This document shows, piece by piece, positions 25,048 to 39,410 of a stretch of 64,000 nucleotides of DNA (position 1 is the first letter of the stretch; every line of letters starts with the position of its first letter). The notes under the pieces were generated by a model. The model was not told where the DNA came from, did not search any database, and saw only the letters and a program-made list of their open reading frames with translations. The DNA is from Polyangiales bacterium. GTDB taxonomy: Bacteria; Myxococcota_A; Polyangia; Polyangiales; JADJQN01. The translations under genes were made by a program, and so were the position numbers. The DNA is taken from NCBI GenBank assembly GCA_964202905.1, contig CAXNJO010000004.1:352001-416000 (forward strand), in the 5' to 3' direction.

Positions 25048-27962
25048 GCGCCACCCCCGCCGGCCACGCGCGCCCCGACGACGTCCGCACAGCGTGCGCA
25101 GAGCGCCGGATGCGCGGCCCGCGCCCCGAGGTCACGGCGGTGGCGCCAGCAACGCGGGCACGCCGGCGCGTCGGTCTTCGCGACCGACGCCGCGAGGGCC
25201 TCGCCGGCGACGACCTCCACCTCGGACACCGTGAGCAACTCGGCGAGCTCGGCCGCGAACGGGCCGAGCGCCTCCCGCAGCGCGGGCGGGACCGTCAGCG
25301 TCGCGCGCACCTCGCGGCGATGGCCGAGCACCTTGCCCTTGACCTGCGGTTCGAGCGCCGCGTTGAGCGCCACGCGCACCGTCGCGAGCGCGTCGGCCGC
25401 CGCGAGCAGCGGCGCATCACCGGGCTCAGCCGTCGCGCCCTCGATGCGCGCGCCGAGAAAGACGCTCCGACCGGCCTCGCCGGGCAGGTAGCGCCACGCT
25501 TCATCCGCCGTGAAGCAGAGCACCGGCGCGAGCGCGGCGATGGTCGCGCGCGCGATGCGGTCGATGGTGGCCTGCGCGCTGCGGCGACGCGGCGAGTCGT
25601 CGGCGTCGCAGTAGAGGCGGTCCTTCAGGACGTCGAGGTAGAAGGTCGACCACTCGCCCGTGCAGAGCTCGACGGTTCGGTGGTAGACGGTGCGGAAGTC
25701 GAAGGCCTCGTACGCCGCGTGCACGTCGGCGACGTATTTCCGGAGCCGCGCCCGCGCCCAAGCGTCGAGCACGTCGAGCGAGCCGGGCTCAGGCAGCGAT
25801 GGGTCCCAGCCGTCGAGATTGCCGAGCAGAAAGCGCAATGTATTCCGCACCTTGCGGTACGCGTCGCTCACCTGCGCCAGGTGCGCCTTCGAGTAGCGGA
25901 CATCCGATCGGTAGTCCTCGTAGGCGGCCCAGAGCCGCAGGATCTCGGCGCCCTCGGCGCGGATGATCTGCTGCGGGTCGAGGTACTCGACCTTCTCTCC
26001 CGCCTCCTGGCGGCGGCGGATGTCGCTCTTCGAGTACGGGCGCCCTTGCTCGTCGCAGACGAAGCCGTGCGTGAGGACGCGCTTGTACGGCGCGCGGCCG
26101 AGCACCGCGCAGCCGATGAGGAGCGAGCTGTGGAACCAGCCGCGATGCTGGTCGGAGCCCTCGAGGTAGAGGTCCACGGGCAGCTGCGTCGTGTTCGCGT
26201 AGGCGCCCGGGCGCATCACGCTCCAGAACGACGCCCCCGACTCGAACCAGACGTCGAGGATGTTCGGGTCCTTGTCGTGGTCGCGGCCGCCGCACTTCGC
26301 ACAGGCGTACTCGGGGGGGACCAGCTCCGCGGCCTCGCGCGTGTACCAGACGTCCGCGCCCTCGCGGCCGAACACGCCCGCGACGTGGGCGAGCGTGGGC
26401 TCGCTGAGGTCGACGTGACCGCAGGATTTGCAGTGGAACGCGGGGATCGGCACGCCCCACGCGCGCTGACGCGAGATGCACCAGTCGGGCCGGTCCTTGA
26501 TCATCCCGTGGATGCGGTCACGGCCCCACGCGGGGATCCAGCCGCTCTCGCCGGGGCCCACGTCGCGACCCGCAGCCATCGCGTCGATCTCCTCGAGCGC
26601 GACGGCGCGCAGCGACTTCGCGTCGGCGCGCGCGGTCATCGGCGCGTCGAGCGAGATGAACCACTGCGTCGTGGCCCGGAAGATCACCGGCTTCTTGCAG
26701 CGCCAGCAGTGCGGGTAGCTGTGCGCGAGCGTCTCGCCCTCGCGGTTCGCGAGGCGGCCCGTCTCGGCGAGCAGGCGCACGATGATCGGGTTCACCTCGT
26801 AGACGTGCTTGCCCTGCCACTCGGCGCGCACCTCGCCCGTGAAGCGCGCGGCGTCGTCGAGCGGCGCAAACGTCTCGAGGCCGTGGCGCATGCCGAGGAC
26901 GTAGTCGTCCGCGCCATGACCGGGCGCGGTGTGCACGAGCCCGGTGCCGGCCTCGAGCGTGACGTGATCGCCAGTGAAAATGGGCGATCCGCGGTCTTCG
27001 AACGGGTGACGCGCGGCGACGCCGGCCTGCTCGATCGCCTCGCCGTCGAAGGCTGCGCCGACCACCGCGCCCTCGCGCCGCGTCGCGGCGAGCACGCGCT
27101 CGACCATGTCCCGCGCGAGGAGCCAGCGCTCCGTCGCGCCGTCGACCTGCACCTCGACCAGCGTGTACGCGTGCTTCGGGTTCACGGCGATCGCGAGGTT
27201 CGCGGGGAGCGTCCAGGGCGTGGTCGTCCAGATGACGGCGAAGGTCGGCGTCGCCGCTGCCTCCACGCCTGCGAGCGCGTGCACGCGCTCCGCGTCGGCG
27301 CCCACGAGCGGAAACTTCACGTAGATGCTCGGGCTCGTGTGCGGCGCGTACTCGACCTCGGCCTCCGCGAGCGCCGTGCGGTCGTTCCCGCACCAGTAGA
27401 CGGGCTTCTTGCCGCGGTAGACGAGGCCGTTCTTCACGAAGGCCGCGAGCGCCTCGACGATGCCCTGCTCGTAGACGGGCTGCATCGTGAGGTACGGCTC
27501 GCTCCACGTGCCGAAGACGCCGAGGCGCTGGAACTCGGCGCGCTGCGCGTCGATCCACGTCTCGGCCTCGACGCGGCAGGCCGCCCGGAGCGCGGGGCGC
27601 GTGCTGCCGCGGTGCGCCTTCTCGACGTTCAACTCGATCGGGAGGCCGTGGCAGTCCCAACCCGGCACGAAGCGCGCCGCGCGGCCGGCGAGCAACTGGT
27701 ACTTCGTGACGATGTCCTTGAGGACCTTGTTGAGGATGTGCCCGTAGTGGATGTGCCCGTTCGCGTAGGGCGGGCCGTCGTGGAAAACGAACGCGGGCGC
27801 CGCGGCGCGGGCCTCGAGGGCGCGCTCGTACAGATGCTCCTCGGCCCAGCGGGCGAGGGTCTCCGGCTCCCGCTGGGCCAGGTTGGCCTTCATCGGGAAG
27901 TCGGTCTTCGGGAGGCGGATCGTGGCTTTGTAGTCGGGCGTCTCGGGGGTCGAATCGGTCAC
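25044..27962 (-). CDS. ileS: Isoleucine--tRNA ligase (type 1 architecture)
   Basis: DGPPYANG, HYGH, GWDCHGLPIE, WTTTPWTLPAN, GTGLVHTAPGHG, EGSDQHRGWF, C-terminal CPRCWR...CARC zinc finger. Confidence 0.97.
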   Translation of the reverse strand: MTDSTPETPDYKATIRLPKTDFPMKANLAQREPETLARWAEEHLYERALEARAAAPAFVFHDGPPYANGHIHYGHILNKVLKDIVTKYQLLAGRAARFVPGWDCHGLPIELNVEKAHRGSTRPALRAACRVEAETWIDAQRAEFQRLGVFGTWSEPYLTMQPVYEQGIVEALAAFVKNGLVYRGKKPVYWCGNDRTALAEAEVEYAPHTSPSIYVKFPLVGADAERVHALAGVEAAATPTFAVIWTTTPWTLPANLAIAVNPKHAYTLVEVQVDGATERWLLARDMVERVLAATRREGAVVGAAFDGEAIEQAGVAARHPFEDRGSPIFTGDHVTLEAGTGLVHTAPGHGADDYVLGMRHGLETFAPLDDAARFTGEVRAEWQGKHVYEVNPIIVRLLAETGRLANREGETLAHSYPHCWRCKKPVIFRATTQWFISLDAPMTARADAKSLRAVALEEIDAMAAGRDVGPGESGWIPAWGRDRIHGMIKDRPDWCISRQRAWGVPIPAFHCKSCGHVDLSEPTLAHVAGVFGREGADVWYTREAAELVPPEYACAKCGGRDHDKDPNILDVWFESGASFWSVMRPGAYANTTQLPVDLYLEGSDQHRGWFHSSLLIGCAVLGRAPYKRVLTHGFVCDEQGRPYSKSDIRRRQEAGEKVEYLDPQQIIRAEGAEILRLWAAYEDYRSDVRYSKAHLAQVSDAYRKVRNTLRFLLGNLDGWDPSLPEPGSLDVLDAWARARLRKYVADVHAAYEAFDFRTVYHRTVELCTGEWSTFYLDVLKDRLYCDADDSPRRRSAQATIDRIARATIAALAPVLCFTADEAWRYLPGEAGRSVFLGARIEGATAEPGDAPLLAAADALATVRVALNAALEPQVKGKVLGHRREVRATLTVPPALREALGPFAAELAELLTVSEVEVVAGEALAASVAKTDAPACPRCWRHRRDLGARAAHPALCARCADVVGARVAGGGGA

Positions 27963-28092
27963 GGCGGCCTCGGTGTCCGGCTGAGCCTCACGGCTTCCGG
28001 GCAAGCATCACGGTGACCGGGCGAGCATCACGCGCCGCGCGGTCAGGGCGGTGGGTCAGGGGGCGGCGACGCCGCGGCGTGCGGCGATGCGC

Positions 28093-28674
<582 letters not shown>

Positions 28675-28765
28675 AGGCGGCGCGATGCTAGCAGCGCCGC
28701 GTGGCCGCGTCGACCGCCCGCCCACGCCGACCGGGCCGGCGTCACGGGGCCGCCCGACGGCGGCG

Positions 28766-28861
28766 CGTGACACGCGCGACGACGGACCGTGACACACAAA
28801 ATGTCGCCGGAAGCTTGACGTGAGTCACGCCGTGATACACAAATCGACCCGTGACACACGA
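28766..28861 (+). promoter_or_regulatory. Operator array CGTGAYAC(ACAAA) and palindrome CGTGAGTCACG around a TTGACG -35 box
   Basis: Repeats at 28766, 28788, 28831 and 28850; palindrome at 28819-28829. Confidence 0.65.
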
Positions 28862-29540
28862 CGACACCCTGCACGCCACCACCCCGGACAGCACGGCGGC
28901 GCCCGCCTCTTCCGCCCCCCCTTCGCCGTCCCAGCCATCCGCGGGCGAGCCCGCCGGGAGCCCTCTCGAAGGCCATCGTGCTCCCGACGCTGCCCACGCC
29001 GCCGACGCGCCCGACGCGGGCGACGAAGGCCGCGGGCGCAAGGAGCGTGTGCTCCACACGCGCGTTCCGGGCGTGCTCGAGGACGAGTTGAAGCGCCTCG
29101 CGACGTCGCTCCGCGTGCCGGTCTCCAACGTCGTGCGCGCGATCCTCGAGGACGCGGTCGAGGCGGCCGATCGCGTCTCGCGCCGCACCGAGGGCGGGCT
29201 GCGCGGCTGGACGGATCGGCTCGCGGAGGAGCGCGTGCGGCTCCGCGAGCGCGTGGTGCCGCCCCGCCCCCGCGAGACCGCACCCGCTACGCCGGACGGC
29301 AGCCCGGCCCCACTCGCGCCCGCCCCGGGCACGTCCGGAGCCCGCACGCCGGACGCGCCGGCCCCGCTCGCGGGCGTGCTCGGCTTCCAGGCCCTGCTCC
29401 TCGCGACGGTCGCACACTGCACCCTATGCGGCCGCGAGCTGGGCGCGGGCGAGGAGGCCTTCCTCGGCATCCGCGAGGCCACGGGACCGCGCGTGCTCCT
29501 CGGTCGCGAGTGCCTGCCCGGCCGCATGTCGGCGGGCTGA
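28851..29540 (+). CDS. Putative ribbon-helix-helix DNA-binding protein with a C-terminal Cys motif
   Basis: ERVLHTRVPGVLEDELKRLATSLRVPVSNVVRAILEDAV is RHH-like; CTLC...REC at the C-terminus. Confidence 0.65.
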   Translation: MTHDDTLHATTPDSTAAPASSAPPSPSQPSAGEPAGSPLEGHRAPDAAHAADAPDAGDEGRGRKERVLHTRVPGVLEDELKRLATSLRVPVSNVVRAILEDAVEAADRVSRRTEGGLRGWTDRLAEERVRLRERVVPPRPRETAPATPDGSPAPLAPAPGTSGARTPDAPAPLAGVLGFQALLLATVAHCTLCGRELGAGEEAFLGIREATGPRVLLGRECLPGRMSAG

Positions 29541-29555
29541 TCCCCCATTCATCCA

Positions 29556-29578
29556 AAACGTGAACGCCGTTCACGTTT
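29556..29578. promoter_or_regulatory. Perfect palindrome AAACGTGAACG-C-CGTTCACGTTT (TetR-type operator candidate)
   Basis: 11-bp arms with a 1-nt spacer, ~50 nt before the 29627 gene. Confidence 0.7.
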
Positions 29579-29626
29579 CTTCCCCACGTCCCCCTCGCAC
29601 AACCACGCACGCACCACGGAGAAGCC

Positions 29627-29896
29627 ATGCACACCACCGATACGACCCCCGAGACGACCGCGCACGCAGACCGCCACACCGCCGGCGTGCAGCCCGAGAC
29701 CGACTACGTCCTCACCGATGCGCTCGGCGCGCTCGCGCGGGTCGGTCTGCTCTGGGCCCGCCACGGCGTCGGCATGGGGCGCTCTGCCCTCGACGCGAGC
29801 GCGGCGACGCTCCGCGCGACGTCGGACGTCCTGCGTGCCGTCGGCGAGCGGCTCGAGGTCGATGCGCCGACCGAGACGCCGCGCCCCCCGCGCTGA
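29627..29896 (+). CDS. 89-aa helical hypothetical protein
   Basis: GGAGAAG RBS, ATG start, host-like codon usage. Confidence 0.65.
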   Translation: MHTTDTTPETTAHADRHTAGVQPETDYVLTDALGALARVGLLWARHGVGMGRSALDASAATLRATSDVLRAVGERLEVDAPTETPRPPR

Positions 29897-29899
29897 CGC

Positions 29900-33553
<3,654 letters not shown>

Positions 33554-33560
33554 GGCGCGC

Positions 33561-34235
33561 TCAGAAGGTGAGCAGCGGCTCTCCGCGGACCTTGCGCAGC
33601 ACGTTCGTGAACTGGTCGGCGTTCCAGGCGGCGACGTTGGTGGAGTCGACGCGCACGCCGTCGAGCCGCTGCACCCAGCCGATGCGCGTGACGCCCGGCG
33701 CGACCTCGAGCAACTCGATGGTGCCCGCCATCCGCCGCACGAGGCTCGATCCCCACGTCTTCTGGTAGGCGGCGATCACACGCCGCGGGGCCGCGAGCGT
33801 CCCCTCGACGACGCTCTGCCGCCACGTGAGTTCGAAGCTCACCGTGATCAAATCTTCGATGAAATAGCGGGTGGCGAAGCTGACGTCGTACTCGGGCTCG
33901 ACGTCCCAGCGCGCTTCGTAATAGGTGATGGCCCTGCGATCCGCGACGACTTCCGTGTCCTGAAACGCGTCCCACACCTGCGCGACGGGCGCCTTCACGT
34001 ACGCGTAGCCGTGCAGCCAGCCCCCGCCGTCGTCGTCACCCGTGACGAACGAACGCACCTCGGGGAAGGCGTCCGTCGGCGTCGCGGCGGGCGGCGTCGC
34101 GGTGTTCTCCTCGATGGGGATCAGGCCTTCCGGGAACTGCGTGACCACGTCCTCCTGACAGCCGCACACCCAGGCGGCCACGAGGAGCGCGGACACGGGG
34201 AGGACGAACACGCTTCGCAGGCAGGGTCGGCGCAT
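33561..34235 (-). CDS. Hypothetical lipoprotein (possible START/SRPBCC fold)
   Basis: Signal peptide ending [18 protein letters not shown] helix-grip-like start. Confidence 0.65.
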   Translation of the reverse strand: MRRPCLRSVFVLPVSALLVAAWVCGCQEDVVTQFPEGLIPIEENTATPPAATPTDAFPEVRSFVTGDDDGGGWLHGYAYVKAPVAQVWDAFQDTEVVADRRAITYYEARWDVEPEYDVSFATRYFIEDLITVSFELTWRQSVVEGTLAAPRRVIAAYQKTWGSSLVRRMAGTIELLEVAPGVTRIGWVQRLDGVRVDSTNVAAWNADQFTNVLRKVRGEPLLTF

Positions 34236-34355
34236 CGGTCAGCAACATACAACGAGCCCGCGCATCCTGGCGAGGACGCGACGTGCGGGCGCGCGTGACG
34301 CGACGCGTCTTCAGCGAGTCCGTGCACGACCCGTGCGGCGCGCCATGCTGCGCGC

Positions 34356-35108
34356 GTGTTCTTCGCGTGGATCGGCACCCGCATGGCTGGACGCGTGCTC
34401 GAGACGGGGGACTCGCACGTCGAGACCCGCTGCGCGCACGTGATGGGTCTGCCGATCGTGCCTCTCCAGAGCTACCTCGTCATCGACGAGTCGACGGGCG
34501 CGTCGGTGGAGCTCGCCGACGTGCACGGTGCGTCGCTCTTCGCGGCGTTCGGGCGCAGCTGGGGCGCGGCGCTGACGGGCGCGAGCATCTTCGCGCTGTG
34601 GCTCGGCGTCGGCTCGCTCGGCCTGAACGCGGCGCTCGCCGTCGTCGGCCTCGCCGGGCTCTTCCTCGGCTGGCGCACCGGACGGCTCGACGCCGAGGAC
34701 CTCCGTCGCTACGCGCGCTACGCGCCGCACACGGGCCACGCGCTCGACCCCGTGCTCCTCCCGGAGCGCGCACGGATCGACCTGCGCGACGCGCTCTCCG
34801 AGGCGGTCATCGACGCCGCGGTCGTCTATGCAGGCGCCGGGTACCGCGAGGCGGGCTCGAGCCCCCACGACGCGTGGGAGCAGATCGCCCTTCGACCGGA
34901 GGTGCGCGACACCGCGTTCCTCGAGCGCGCGCTTGCGCTCGCCCGGCTCGAGGCCTCGCTCGCCGACGACGAGGCGACCCGCCGCCGCTTCGACGACGCG
35001 CACGAGGCGTTGTGGCGCAAACTCGACGACGTGTCGGAATCGTCGGCGAGCGGCGACGACGCCACCGCGCCCCACGTGCGCCCGACGCAGCCCACGCGCC
35101 GCCGCTGA
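34356..35108 (+). CDS. Hypothetical membrane protein
   Basis: GLPIVPLQSYLV motif, two TM helices, helical C-terminus. Confidence 0.65.
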   Translation: MFFAWIGTRMAGRVLETGDSHVETRCAHVMGLPIVPLQSYLVIDESTGASVELADVHGASLFAAFGRSWGAALTGASIFALWLGVGSLGLNAALAVVGLAGLFLGWRTGRLDAEDLRRYARYAPHTGHALDPVLLPERARIDLRDALSEAVIDAAVVYAGAGYREAGSSPHDAWEQIALRPEVRDTAFLERALALARLEASLADDEATRRRFDDAHEALWRKLDDVSESSASGDDATAPHVRPTQPTRRR

Positions 35109-35136
35109 CACGGCGCGGGGTCGCGGAGGCGGCGGG

Positions 35137-35662
35137 TCAGGCGACGTAGGCGCGCGCGCGACGGCGATCGCGCTCGAACACGGGCTCCATCGCCCGCTGC
35201 GCATCACCTTCTTCGACGAGGGTGACGTCGTCGTGGTCCGGGTGCTGCGCGGCGACCTCGAGGAAGACCTCCATCGCCTCCACGAGGGCCGACGAGCCCG
35301 AGCACGCGCCCCGGCAGCACGAGCACGCTGCCCCGGACCCGTGCGCGGGTCAGCGTCCCGAGCATGTGCGAAGTCGCCGAGCGCAGCACGTCCGCGTCGA
35401 AGCGTGCACGTGGGCCGAGCCCAAACAGGAACAGCTTCTCGAAAGAGAGGCGCGGACGTGCGGGAATGAGCACGCACTCGCCGCTGCGCCCGGTCACCCG
35501 TCCACGCAAGATCAGGCGCGAGACGAAGCCCGAGAGGCGCCAGTCGACGAGCCCGAGAGCCCCCGCGAGCGGCCTCTCGTCCTCGAAGAACGGGATCGAC
35601 AGCGCCTCGCTGCGGAGCGCGTCGAGGCGGCGCAGATCCGGCGGGACGAAGTGGACGTCCAC
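35137..35662 (-). CDS. Peptidase M17 N-terminal-like domain protein (frameshift near 35285)
   Basis: FEDERPLAGALGLVDWRLSG...KLFLFGLG. A coherent C-terminus VEAMEVFLEVAAQ...RARAYVA* lies in the shifted frame. Confidence 0.7.
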
Positions 35663-35667
35663 GCGCG

Positions 35668-36078
35668 CTAGGCCTTGCCGACGTCGGCCGCGATGCGATC
35701 GAGGACGCCGTTCACGAAGCCCGCGCTGGTGTCGTTGCCGAAACGCTTCGCGAGCTCGACGGCCTCGTTGATGGTCACGCGGCGCGGTACGTCGGGCGCC
35801 GCGATGAGCTCGTACGTCCCGAGGCGCAGGATGTTGCGATCGACCCGCGCCATCCGCTCGATACGCCAGTGCTGGCTCACGCGCCGGATGATCTCGTCGA
35901 TGCGCTCGGCCTCACGCCCGCACCCGAGGACGATCCCGTTGGCGAAGTCCTCGCCTTCGCGGGTCCCGCCGAGGTGCGTCCAATAGAGCTCGACGGCGTG
36001 GCTCGCCGCGATGCCCGTCGTGTCGATCTGGTAGAGCATCTGGAGCGCGGCTTCGCGCCCCTTGCGCCGGGTGCCCAT
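35668..36078 (-). CDS. nusB: Transcription antitermination factor NusB
   Basis: RRKGREAALQMLYQ, VDRNILR, INEAVELAKRFG, FVNGVLD. Confidence 0.96.
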   Translation of the reverse strand: MGTRRKGREAALQMLYQIDTTGIAASHAVELYWTHLGGTREGEDFANGIVLGCGREAERIDEIIRRVSQHWRIERMARVDRNILRLGTYELIAAPDVPRRVTINEAVELAKRFGNDTSAGFVNGVLDRIAADVGKA

Positions 36079-36087
36079 CGTCGCGGC

Positions 36088-36567
36088 TCAGAACCCGTCG
36101 GCCGCGAACGCGGCCGAGAGGCTCGCCATCTCGATCGCGGACAGCGCGGCCTCCCAGCCCTTGTTGCCGGCCTTCGTACCCGCGCGCTCGATCGCCTGCT
36201 CGATCGTGTCGGTCGTGAGCACGCCGAAGATCACGGGTACGCCCGTCTCGAGCATCACGTGCGCGCACCCCTTCGTGACCTCACCCGCGACCGCCTCGAA
36301 GTGGGGCGTCGCCCCACGGATGACCGCGCCGAGCGCGATGACCGCCGCGAATCGGCCGCTCTTCGCGAGACGCTGCACCGCGAGCGGGATCTCGTATGCG
36401 CCGGGCGCGCGCGCGAGCGTGATCCGCGCATCCTCGACGCCGTGACGCCGGAGGCCGTCGAGGGCGCCCTCAACGAGCCGATCGGTGATGAAGTGGTTGA
36501 ACCGCCCGACCACGACCGCGAACTGCGCGCGCTCCGGCGCGCTGAAATTGCCCTCGAAAGTACGCAT
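36088..36567 (-). CDS. ribH: 6,7-dimethyl-8-ribityllumazine synthase
   Basis: [32 protein letters not shown]. Confidence 0.97.
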   Translation of the reverse strand: MRTFEGNFSAPERAQFAVVVGRFNHFITDRLVEGALDGLRRHGVEDARITLARAPGAYEIPLAVQRLAKSGRFAAVIALGAVIRGATPHFEAVAGEVTKGCAHVMLETGVPVIFGVLTTDTIEQAIERAGTKAGNKGWEAALSAIEMASLSAAFAADGF

Positions 36568-36581
36568 CCGCCGACTCTCCT

Positions 36582-36666
36582 CTGTGCCTCGAAATTGGCT
36601 GTGGTTTCGAATTGGCTGTGCCTCGGAACTGGCTGTGTCCGGGCTCTGGCTGTGCGTGGGAACTGG
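36582..36666. repeat. Five exactly phased 17-bp degenerate repeats CTGTG-N8-YTGG
   Basis: Units start at 36582, 36599, 36616, 36633 and 36650, between ribBX and ribH. Confidence 0.85.
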
Positions 36667-36689
36667 CGCGCGACTCGCTGAACCGCGCT

Positions 36690-37844
36690 TCAGTGCGTGA
36701 TGGCGTTCTCGGCGGCCGCGTGTTCCGCGCCCGCACCGAGGAGCACCTGCTCGACGATCTCGAGGCCATACGCGTCGACGCCGGCGACACGGCGCGGACG
36801 GTTCGTCAGCAGCCGGATGCGGCGCAGCCCGAGGTCCGCGAGGACCTGCGCGCCGATGCCGAACTCGCGGAGCACGAGGCCGTGCTCCTCCGCAGGCGGG
36901 ACGGGCAGCTCCTGCCCGGTGTGGAAGGCGAGATCGCGCGCGAGATCGACGCGCCCGGGCACGAAGAGGAGCACGCCGGCCCCCTCCGCCTCGATGCGCG
37001 CGACCGCGTCGCCCGCGACGAGACGCTGCCCGCCCCGTGCACCGAAGACGTCGCCGAGCACGCTCCCGGTGTGCACGCGCACGAGGGTCGGGCGCTGCTC
37101 GTCAACCGCGCCGAGCTGGAGTGCGAGGAACTGCCGGCTCTCGACGGCCGACTCGTACGCGTACGCTTTCCAGGTCCGGCCGCTCGGCATCGCGACCTCG
37201 CCCGCGAGCACGCGCGTCACCAGGCGCTCCGTCTGCAGACGGTATTGGATCAACTCGGCGATCGAGAGGATGCGCAGGCCATGCTGCTCTGCGAACTGCT
37301 GGCACTCGGGCATGCGCGCCATCGTGCCGTCGTCGTTCATGATTTCGCAGATCACGCCCGAGGCATCGAGACCGGCGAGGCGCGCGAGATCCACGGACCC
37401 TTCGGTGTGCCCGGTCCGCTGCAGCACGCCGCCCGGTCGCGCACGCAGCGGGAAGATGTGCCCGGGGCTCACGAGATCGGCGGGCCGTGCGTCCCGCGCG
37501 ACGGCGGTGCGGACGGTGTGCGCGCGGTCGGCGGCGCTGATGCCCGTCGAGACGCCGTGCCGCGCCTCGATGCTGACGGTGAACGCCGTGCCGCGGGAGG
37601 AGCGGTTCTCGTCGACCATCATGGGCAGGTCGAGCTGCCGGACCTTGTCCTCGCTCAGGGTGAGGCAGATGAGCCCGCGCGCGTGCTTGGCCATGAAGTT
37701 CACGGCCTCGGGCGTGACCTTCTCGGCGGCCATGCAGAGGTCGCCCTCGTTCTCGCGGTCCTCGTCGTCGACGAGAATGACCATCCGGCCGGCGCGGATG
37801 TCCTCGAGCGCCCGGTGTACACGTTCGATCGACTCTGCGCGCAT
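36690..37844 (-). CDS. ribB: DHBP synthase fused to a degenerate GTP cyclohydrolase II domain (RibBX type)
   Basis: [28 protein letters not shown]-domain reads [13 protein letters not shown] and lacks the Zn-binding Cys residues. Confidence 0.92.
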   Translation of the reverse strand: MRAESIERVHRALEDIRAGRMVILVDDEDRENEGDLCMAAEKVTPEAVNFMAKHARGLICLTLSEDKVRQLDLPMMVDENRSSRGTAFTVSIEARHGVSTGISAADRAHTVRTAVARDARPADLVSPGHIFPLRARPGGVLQRTGHTEGSVDLARLAGLDASGVICEIMNDDGTMARMPECQQFAEQHGLRILSIAELIQYRLQTERLVTRVLAGEVAMPSGRTWKAYAYESAVESRQFLALQLGAVDEQRPTLVRVHTGSVLGDVFGARGGQRLVAGDAVARIEAEGAGVLLFVPGRVDLARDLAFHTGQELPVPPAEEHGLVLREFGIGAQVLADLGLRRIRLLTNRPRRVAGVDAYGLEIVEQVLLGAGAEHAAAENAITH

Positions 37845-37938
37845 CGCCTTGTCAGCCTTCCCGTGAGGGGGCGGGGGCCGACTGCCCCCGCGCTCTGCGT
37901 CTCCGTGTCGGCGCGTCCCGAGGGGCGCGCTGGGCGGC

Positions 37939-38604
37939 TTACAGATAGCCGCTGCGCGTGAGTAGGTCCAGCATTGCGCCGTCGCCAGCGCCCGCTGCCA
38001 CGTGCTTGATCCCATCCACGCCGGGGAGTCCGGAGAGCCGCGCCACGTACTTCGCGAGGACGTCCACCTCGAGGTTCACCGCGCGGCCGCTCGGACCACG
38101 GTCGAGGTGCGTCCCGGCGCGCGTGTATTGGACGAGCACGACGTCGAAACGGTCGCCCGCGGCGCCGTTCACCGTGAGCGAGACGCCGTCGACGGTGATG
38201 CTGCCCTTCGGCGCGAGGAACGCCGCGAGGCGCGCCGGGACCTCGAACTCGACCTTCAACGCCTCGCCGAGCGGCGTCATCGAGACGAGGCGGCCGACGC
38301 CGTCGACGTGGCCGGACACGAGGTGGCCGCCGAGGCGATCGCCGACGCGGAGCGCGCGCTCGAGGTGCACGGGCTGGCCGACGCGCGTATCCCCGAGCGT
38401 CGTCCGCGCGAGCGTCTCGGCGGACGCGTCGCACCGGAACCCGCCCGAGAGGATCTGGGTGACGGTGAGACAAACGCCGTCGGTCGCGATCGACTCGCCG
38501 AGCTCGAGCGGCGCGAACGTGCAGGCGATCTCGAAGCGGGCGCCGAGGGCACCCCGCTCCACGCGCCGGATCGAACCGACCTCCGCCACGAGTCCCGTGA
38601 ACAT
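37939..38604 (-). CDS. ribE: Riboflavin synthase
   Basis: MFTGLV, DGVCLTV, GGHLVSGHVD, KGSITVDGVSLT, VNLEVDVLAKY. Confidence 0.96.
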   Translation of the reverse strand: MFTGLVAEVGSIRRVERGALGARFEIACTFAPLELGESIATDGVCLTVTQILSGGFRCDASAETLARTTLGDTRVGQPVHLERALRVGDRLGGHLVSGHVDGVGRLVSMTPLGEALKVEFEVPARLAAFLAPKGSITVDGVSLTVNGAAGDRFDVVLVQYTRAGTHLDRGPSGRAVNLEVDVLAKYVARLSGLPGVDGIKHVAAGAGDGAMLDLLTRSGYL

Positions 38605-38672
38605 GGCGCGGGTTGTAGCGCCGCAGCCGCGCGGCGGCGAGGGCGGCGGCCTCCGAAGCGCGTTCGGCGCGG

Positions 38673-39410
38673 TCACTCGTCGCGCGGAACGAAGCCCTCG
38701 ATCAGCGTGTCGACCCCAAGCCGCGTGACGCGGACGTCGCGGAGCCGGAGCGCATCGGACAGCCTCGCGACGCCACGACCGCGCGCGAGCGGCACGGCCG
38801 CCTCGTCGCCGATCAGCACCGGCGCGACGAAGACGGAGACCTCGTCGACGAGACCCGCGTCGAGCAGCGCGCCATGCACGCCCGCGCCCCCTTCGACGAG
38901 CACGCGTGCGCCACCGAGGCGCGCCACCTCGCGGAGCGCGGCCCGGAGGTCGAGCCGCCCGTCCCCGGCGGTCGGCACCTCGACGAGCGCGACGCCCGGC
39001 AGTGACGAGAGCGACGTGCGCGCGTGTGCAGGCGCTTGCGAACCGTGGAGTATCACTGTCGACACGCACGAAGACAGATGCAACAGGCGCGATGTCGGTT
39101 GGATTCGCAGGCCTGTATCAAGAACGAAACGAACCGGGTCGCGCCCCCGAACATGGCGGACGTCGAGGGCCGGGTTGTCGGCGAGGACGGTCCCGACGCC
39201 CACGAGCACCGCGTCGCTCTCGGCCCGGAGCCGGTGCGCGCGGCGCCTGGCGGGCTCACCGGTGATCCAGCGGGAGTCCCCGGTGCGCGTCGCGATGCGT
39301 CCGTCGAGCGTGACGGCCGCCTTCAGGTGCACCCAGGGGAGCCCGGTCTCCGCGAGCCGCGCGGCTGCACGACGCCGCGCGTCCGGGTCGCGCAGCGCGC
39401 GGCCGCTCAC
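38673..39410 (-). CDS. RibD-type pyrimidine reductase, reductase domain only
   Basis: [45 protein letters not shown] start overlaps the nrdR stop. No deaminase HAE/PC motif. Confidence 0.88.
   Translation of the reverse strand: MSGRALRDPDARRRAAARLAETGLPWVHLKAAVTLDGRIATRTGDSRWITGEPARRRAHRLRAESDAVLVGVGTVLADNPALDVRHVRGRDPVRFVLDTGLRIQPTSRLLHLSSCVSTVILHGSQAPAHARTSLSSLPGVALVEVPTAGDGRLDLRAALREVARLGGARVLVEGGAGVHGALLDAGLVDEVSVFVAPVLIGDEAAVPLARGRGVARLSDALRLRDVRVTRLGVDTLIEGFVPRDE

Noticed and set aside
29556..29578. Palindrome as a parS site
   Set aside because: parS is centred on TTTCACGTGAAA; this one has the half-sites in the opposite arrangement. No convincing parS was seen near parAB by eye.
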